DNA from: Gonapodya sp. JEL0774
Lineage: Eukaryota
DNA: 53,668 nucleotides
Direction: 5' to 3'
Assembly (NCBI GenBank): GCA_027604505.1
Contig: JADIIX010000001.1
Span: 620,001-673,668, forward strand
The notes under the pieces are model-generated. The model saw only the letters and a list, made by a program, of their open reading frames with translations, did no database searches and had not been told where the DNA came from. Position numbers and translations under genes: made by a program. Within the stretch, counting starts at the first letter, position 1, and each line of letters opens with the position of its first letter. This document shows, in pieces, positions 47,774 to 53,668 of this stretch.

Positions 47774-50700
47774 ATGGGAACAAACCACTCGTTGCCAAAG
47801 TCCAAAGTCGCGATCGATATGCAAACCGTGGTGACCCACTTCAACGGCAGTGAGCAGCGGCACTGTTGTGGGCACGAGTTTCTTGGACAGTCTTTAAGTT
47901 TACCGCCGTCTGTCCCATGCAGGCTTTGGATGGCGTCAGTCAAAATTGATGTGGATGGATGTGTCTTATCTCTACTTTCTTCACAATGTAGGAAATGGAG
48001 CTCGTGACAATGTTCCCGGGTCTAATCGACTCGTTCCCATTCCAGGACTACGGATCAAATACAGCAGCAACATTTCATGTAAATTTGAACTTATTCATTT
48101 TTGCTGGAGTCTTGGGCATGAGAACGCCCTCCATCCCTGATGTCAGGTGTGACGTGCTTGATGCGTCTCGGAGCTTTGCAAGGCTGTGTGCAACATCATG
48201 GGATCTGACCAGCTCCCCATTCTTTGGAGTCTCACTCAGCTCTGTCGCATTTGCCAATTTGTCAGGTTATGTTGCTTCACCTGCATTCAATACTTCCTTT
48301 AGAGCTGGGTCAACTGTCCATGTATCTTCATGCGCTGTTGTCGCAAATGCAGGATACTGTTCAGGCTACCCAGTCCAAAATGGATGGTCTTGTACACAGT
48401 ATCAAGCAATGCCAGGATGCATTTTGAAAGTCAACTTCACGGTCAACCCTGCTCCTTCTGCGCAGACCATTGTTTGTCCTTCTTTCACTGAGTTTGGCGT
48501 CCAATCAGCGGTCACTGTTGTGAGCACTAAGTGTCTCAGTGTCTTGGGAAACCCTGGAGGACAGAATGTTTGGATTTATGGTATCCTGCTTTCCTTGATC
48601 ACAGCCGACAATGCCATCTGTGGGACAAACTTAACTTACACATTGTCCGCCAATGATACTGACATGACATCTGCTGCAGCAGGTGCTTCTGACACTTGTC
48701 TTGTTGCCTGTTTGGTGGCCAGTGGAACAACTGTGGCAAGAACTTTGTTTCTCCAGTTTGGTAGTACTGCTGTTACGTCGTTAAGCCACGTCTCATACAA
48801 TGCATGGAGTTTTGATACTGTTCTCTGGGATTCCATTCAAAGCAAATTCTGGGTTTGCAGCAATGACTACTATTCATGTGGACCTAGTTCCGTAAGTGCA
48901 CTCCTCCTTGTCAATCTTGGACTTCAAACTAAAAACAGGCTCAAAAGCCTTATTTAACACACTATGGTCATTTGATAATTCTACCAGACAATACGGTTCT
49001 CCATTGACTTCTGGCCCACTCCAACAATGTTTGCTCTTACAGGAGCACAAGTGAGACTTCCGTTTGTGTGCTCCCATGAGACTATAGCAACTGTTGTAAA
49101 TGCGATGCCTTTGATGCTTGTTTCTTAATTTTAGGCAGCTGTCATCGACATGTCACGAAATAACATCTTGCTTGGAACAATCTGTGCACCAGGTATGTAA
49201 GGGCTATTGTCGTGTAGCGCCAATGGTTTCTTCAAGTAATATCCACAGCCAGCATTTTCTAAATTGACCTGTGGACACTTACTAGCGTTGGGAGGTAGGC
49301 TATGTAATTTGTTCGGATGGGTGTGTTGATTGACGTCCTTGGACATATCTTATTTAAGTCCAAAGCAGCTTAGTCATGGTGAAATCAGAATCTCTGTGGG
49401 ATGGGTTAGACAGCTGATTCCGCTTATTTTGTCCTGAATAAGTGCAGTGATCAAGTGGCTTGCATCTCTTCACGACGTGCCAGCAACTCTCAATTCTAGT
49501 GCCTTTGTCTGCTCTGAGCTAGCTTACAACGGGAGGAGAACTTCCCTGGTTGGAGCTACTGGAATTCCATTAGTGACGTGGAGCACTCAGAGTACTGTGT
49601 GGCAGTCTGATGCACCTCAAGCCTGTCCAAATAAACAGGGCCACACTGGGAAGATTGTTTATTGGCACATAAATAACATGTTGGTCGTGCTTGCACCTGA
49701 GCAACTGACAGAAGACAGCACAGTGTACATGTCTGCCCAAGAGTATCCCTGGGTGTTGGATTTCACCTCAGGGTGGCCACTGTCTCTCTCCAACATACAG
49801 GTGGGAGCCGTTTCCCCTTTTCACAACGTCTCCCATATGTAAAATTACTTGGTTGAATCTTCTCCCAGGTACCTCCGGATTATTATTATATAGGTGATGG
49901 CATCTCCCTGTACCCAATCTCCTGGACCATAGGCCTGCACTTTGCCTCTGCTGATAACGACAGCCTGTACTTTGTGGCATTCAATAAACTGGATTGTGAA
50001 TCCAACTATGGGTTGGTTTTGTTCCCAGGAAATATCACAAGTGGACTGTTGTGAGATGACGGCTAAAAGCGGGAGTTTAGCCAGAGTCACGTGACCCCAC
50101 AAGCACGACACCAGTCGTCCCCATTCACCCCCACACGTCACCCATTCCTTGGATAAATGTGATATCTATTAGTATATAGATGCGTATAGAGTAGTTTTTA
50201 GATTTTTCTAGTGATCTTAGTTGTGCTGGCGGCTCGGCTGTGACTGCTCGGTGACACATTGTACTGGACTTCAGACATACACAACTGAGTTTCGGGACAG
50301 AAACCCAGCGGTTCCGCCACAAACTGCAACAGGACCTGTGGGTTTGGGCTGGTTCAGTGGAGTCTCCTCTCTGACAGGGGCAGTCACTGTACCAGCTTCA
50401 CTCTTGGCAACAATCCTCAAGAATCCCATCGCAAAATATGGTTTTGCCATTCAAGAGGGAGTTGGCAGATTTTTGATTGCAACTGAATACCTGTTGCCAT
50501 CTCTGACACCAACCAGAATGAAATCCTTTTTCTGCCAGCTGCCTAGGACTAGCACACAGAGACTACAACAGCAGACCCACGATATGTATGAGTGAATGAA
50601 TACATAATGAACGACAGATACTCTCCTGCAGACCCACGGTGCTAAACGTGAGGAAGGCCTGCAGGCCACTGTGCTAAACACTACAGTGCCACATCTGCAA

Positions 50701-53180
50701 ATGTCTCTCCAATCACAATACCCCTTCACACCCCAGCTACCTGACCGTGGAAGCGGTAGTCACACCGTGACATTTTCTTCACGCGAACGCCGACCATTCC
50801 AGCCACCCTGTCTACAATTGATCCATTGGGAGCTTGTACGATTTTGAACACATGCTGTCAGCTTTCGTGCCTTAAGCTTTGCTTCAACCAAAACCGAGCA
50901 GGTATATTTTATGGGAGTGATTGGGCAGCCTGACGTTCGGTGTTTCATGGTTTGTATAAGGGGCTCTATTTGATTGTCATGTAAATTTTGCAGTCGAATT
51001 GATCTCAACTTGTTCACATTGGAGACCAATAAACAGTTTATATCATCCCGTGTGACGGTTCATGTGCGTACCAACACAGCTGCCCTTGCTGGGGGCACAC
51101 TAACTATGCAAAGCATAGCGTACAATCAAGAATCTCAATTTGGACTGCTGTGCTTTGACAAAATTCAAAGTAAGTGTTGTTAAACTACTAGTGCATATGT
51201 AACCTTCTGTTTTGTTTCATTGACAAGTAGCTTACATTATCCTTGTAGCGATATGTAGGACTGCCCACCTTGTAACCTATGGAAGTGGAATTGCAATTAG
51301 TGCTCCATGCCCTCCTGGGTTGTTCTCTACCTCGTACAACTCACTGCGTTGCTCTTGCCCAGCAGCAACTGCAAATGTGCAGCACTCAATCGGGTTTGCA
51401 TTCTGCTAATACAAATGATACCCTCCAAATTCATTTCATTTCCTTTGTTTTTGTGTTTGCAAGGGCACTTTCAAATCCGATTATGGAGCAGCGGCATGTT
51501 CCCCTGGCTCAAGTGGGTCCTATTCCAATGCAGGATGGTCCAGATGTAGCTTGTGCCAGACATGTGGTCTTGGTGCAACCTCCAATATTACATCTATGCA
51601 GGCTGCTGCTATATCTTCCTACTTTGTGTCAGCTCCAAACCTGAGTGACAGGGGCACCACTCCTTGTTTGCTCATTCATGAGGTGTCTCCTCAGGCAATG
51701 GCTGATTGTATCTTGGTGCTGGAAGTGACATCAATAGCAATTGTTTTGTTTACTAATTAGCATCAGCTATCTTGTGGTGGACAAGGACCTTGATCTGGAA
51801 GTCCCTCTTACAGTTTGATCTGTTCTTCAAGATACACCAGTATGTCCCCACTGGTGGATAGATTCGCAGCATGCAAACATTGTTTGGTGGATTTATGAGT
51901 GTAGTTTCCCTTTCTGCTGTTGGGGGTGAGCGCAGTTGTGAATCAAATTAACATAGGTGTTGGTGTTGTGGTATTGACACCTTGCACATGACCACAGCCT
52001 ACACATGTATATACGGCACAACTAGCACCACATAATAAGATCACACTTCACATCATCTCACACTCCAGGCCTAGCACTAGGCCACCATCCCGTCATAGAG
52101 GGCTGAGACTGATATGTAGAGACAGCCCCACTACATTGGCACTCCTCACTTCTTACAACAGGACTTTGTGATATGTCTTGGGTTGATTTCACTCTCAAAA
52201 ATTATGTTGGGGTTAATTTGTTCTTGCCATCCCTCCCATACACTATGCCAAGAGGGGATATTATGAGTAAGCTGACGTTTGTTGGGTCCTCCAGTTGCAG
52301 TTTTGGAAATTCTACCATGGGGCCTTTTGTTGCCACTATAGAAGGCATTGTCTCAGTGCAGTTCTGATCTTCAAACACCACAACAATATGTGGAACCGTA
52401 ACAGTTTATCCATCTCTAAGCAATATGAGCTGCAGCCTGAAATGAATTCTTGATCAGTTTTACTCTCAGTCTCTTTCATACGAGATCTCCCTTCCCCAAT
52501 ACTCCAAGAGTGCTTCTAGCAACGTTACAGGCTATGTTGACTTCTTGACTTGGGCAACTTGGCAGTCGCCTTAGGTGGTGGATCAGTACCAACAGTAATA
52601 CCAATTGGTCTCACTACTGTGACAGTGCAGGTGTCTCCAACTGACTCAGAGCAGCTTGTCAGCTTCTTGGGATCAGCATCGGAGCCGACAATTGATAGTA
52701 CATTGAATGCAGATGTGAGCGTTCATTTAATGTGTACATCTCAATTTCAGAAAACAATGCTATAGCAGCCAAATTTCATTTATTTTATAGAGTTTCAAAT
52801 CAAGCAGTGCCGATGGACTCATCATTGAAGTCGATTTTGTGCTTGCTCCATACTCCTATTCAGCAGTTTATACTCAACAACTTTCCCTTACCACATTTGC
52901 TTCCCAGCTTTTGGCATTTTACTCAGGTGTCATTGGTGGAGTGACTGCCATCCTAAGCTTCTGCAAGTCTCTCTGGGAAATGAATAGACGGGATGAGGGA
53001 CGCCACAAGCAAAATCGACTGGAAGAGGCAAGACAAGACGCTTCTTTTACTGCTGATGCCATGATGAAGCAGAAAATTGCAGCAGTTCTGAATGGCGGAG
53101 ACAATGAAATTGTGAGAAGTGGTCCTTTCACGGTTTCAAACACCTGTGCAAACGCAGGAAACCATGACGATTTCACCTGA
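47774..53180 (+). pseudogene. Degenerate large secreted/membrane surface-protein gene (Cys-rich GCC2/GCC3-like segment, C-terminal TMs); start approximate
   Basis: Exon-like Cys/Ser/Thr-rich segments (CKGTFKSDYGAAACSPGSSGSYSNAGWSRCSLC; FDLFFKIH...TLFGGFMSV; C-terminal TTFASQLLAFYSGVIGGV). In-frame stops at 51859-51861 (TAG), 52365-52367 and 52443-52445 (TGA), an apparent frameshift near 51755, and strong CpG depletion. Confidence 0.6.
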
Positions 53181-53668
53181 CAAAAGCTTAACCCTTTCCC
53201 CCCGCACTAATTGACCTCACTTAAGTGAGGGTTTTAGAAAATATTCCTGACGCCCAACCACACACAGTAGCCCAGTACTGTAATAGTGAAGTTTGAAGTC
53301 TATAATCTGAAGTATCTACTTGAATATTTTCAGACCCGCCGCAGCAATGGGGACTGAGGACGAGGGCTTCGGCGAAAAAACCCTCACTCAACATTTTTCC
53401 TCGCCCGACATCCACACTGAAGTTCAACCGGCTCCCAAATCGGGCAAATAGGACCTCTCAGGTGCCTCTCCTTGGAAAATATTCGGCGAGGCTGTGAGGA
53501 GTCTGATAGAGGGCGGAGGGAAGGCTAAAACTGCCGGTCTCGACACAGTTCAACCTGACTTCTATTGGGAAGAATAAGGTGATTTGTATCTGCCCCATCA
53601 TTTTCCAGCAAATCGCAATACTGATTTGCGTGATCCGTTGGCTGCAAGGCGTCCCGTCGTCAAATCAC

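Noticed and set aside
51859..52445. In-frame TAG/TGA as evidence of an alternative genetic code or readthrough
   Set aside because: Other genes here end normally at TAA, TAG and TGA, and frameshifts plus CpG loss point to pseudogenisation.
211..53427. Most short ORFs in the six-frame track
   Set aside because: They are antisense or out-of-frame shadows of the spliced genes, often starting at non-ATG codons.
53221..53668. Short ORFs at the window end
   Set aside because: No recognisable motif or consistent exon structure within the available sequence.

Overview
Intron-rich eukaryotic genomic DNA in the standard code, most consistent with a zoosporic early-diverging fungus (chytrid/monoblepharid-like; inferred from CARMIL, prominin-like, VTC and MDM35 genes together). 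Manual splicing gives about 14 protein-coding loci plus one tRNA-His(GUG): the tail of a probable lactonase, a ZGPAT-like Tudor/G-patch gene, a CARMIL-like PH-LRR gene with an unusual C-terminal calponin-homology domain, an inverted pair of orphan paralogs bracketing two tandem prominin-like 5-TM genes and an STI1-domain gene, a PTS1-bearing NADP-dependent MDR reductase, a Cache/HAMP-like receptor with no output domain, an SPX-VTC-DUF202 subunit, MDM35, IPI3/WDR18, an LRR-TM-SH3 receptor-like gene, a small SMIM4/UQCC5-like gene and a CpG-depleted, disabled large surface-protein pseudogene. The most notable items are the CARMIL-CH fusion lacking a visible CPI motif, and the ~17 kb block with near-identical inverted promoter+exon-1 copies around the prominin pair. 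All exon structures and family calls are by eye, with no database searches.
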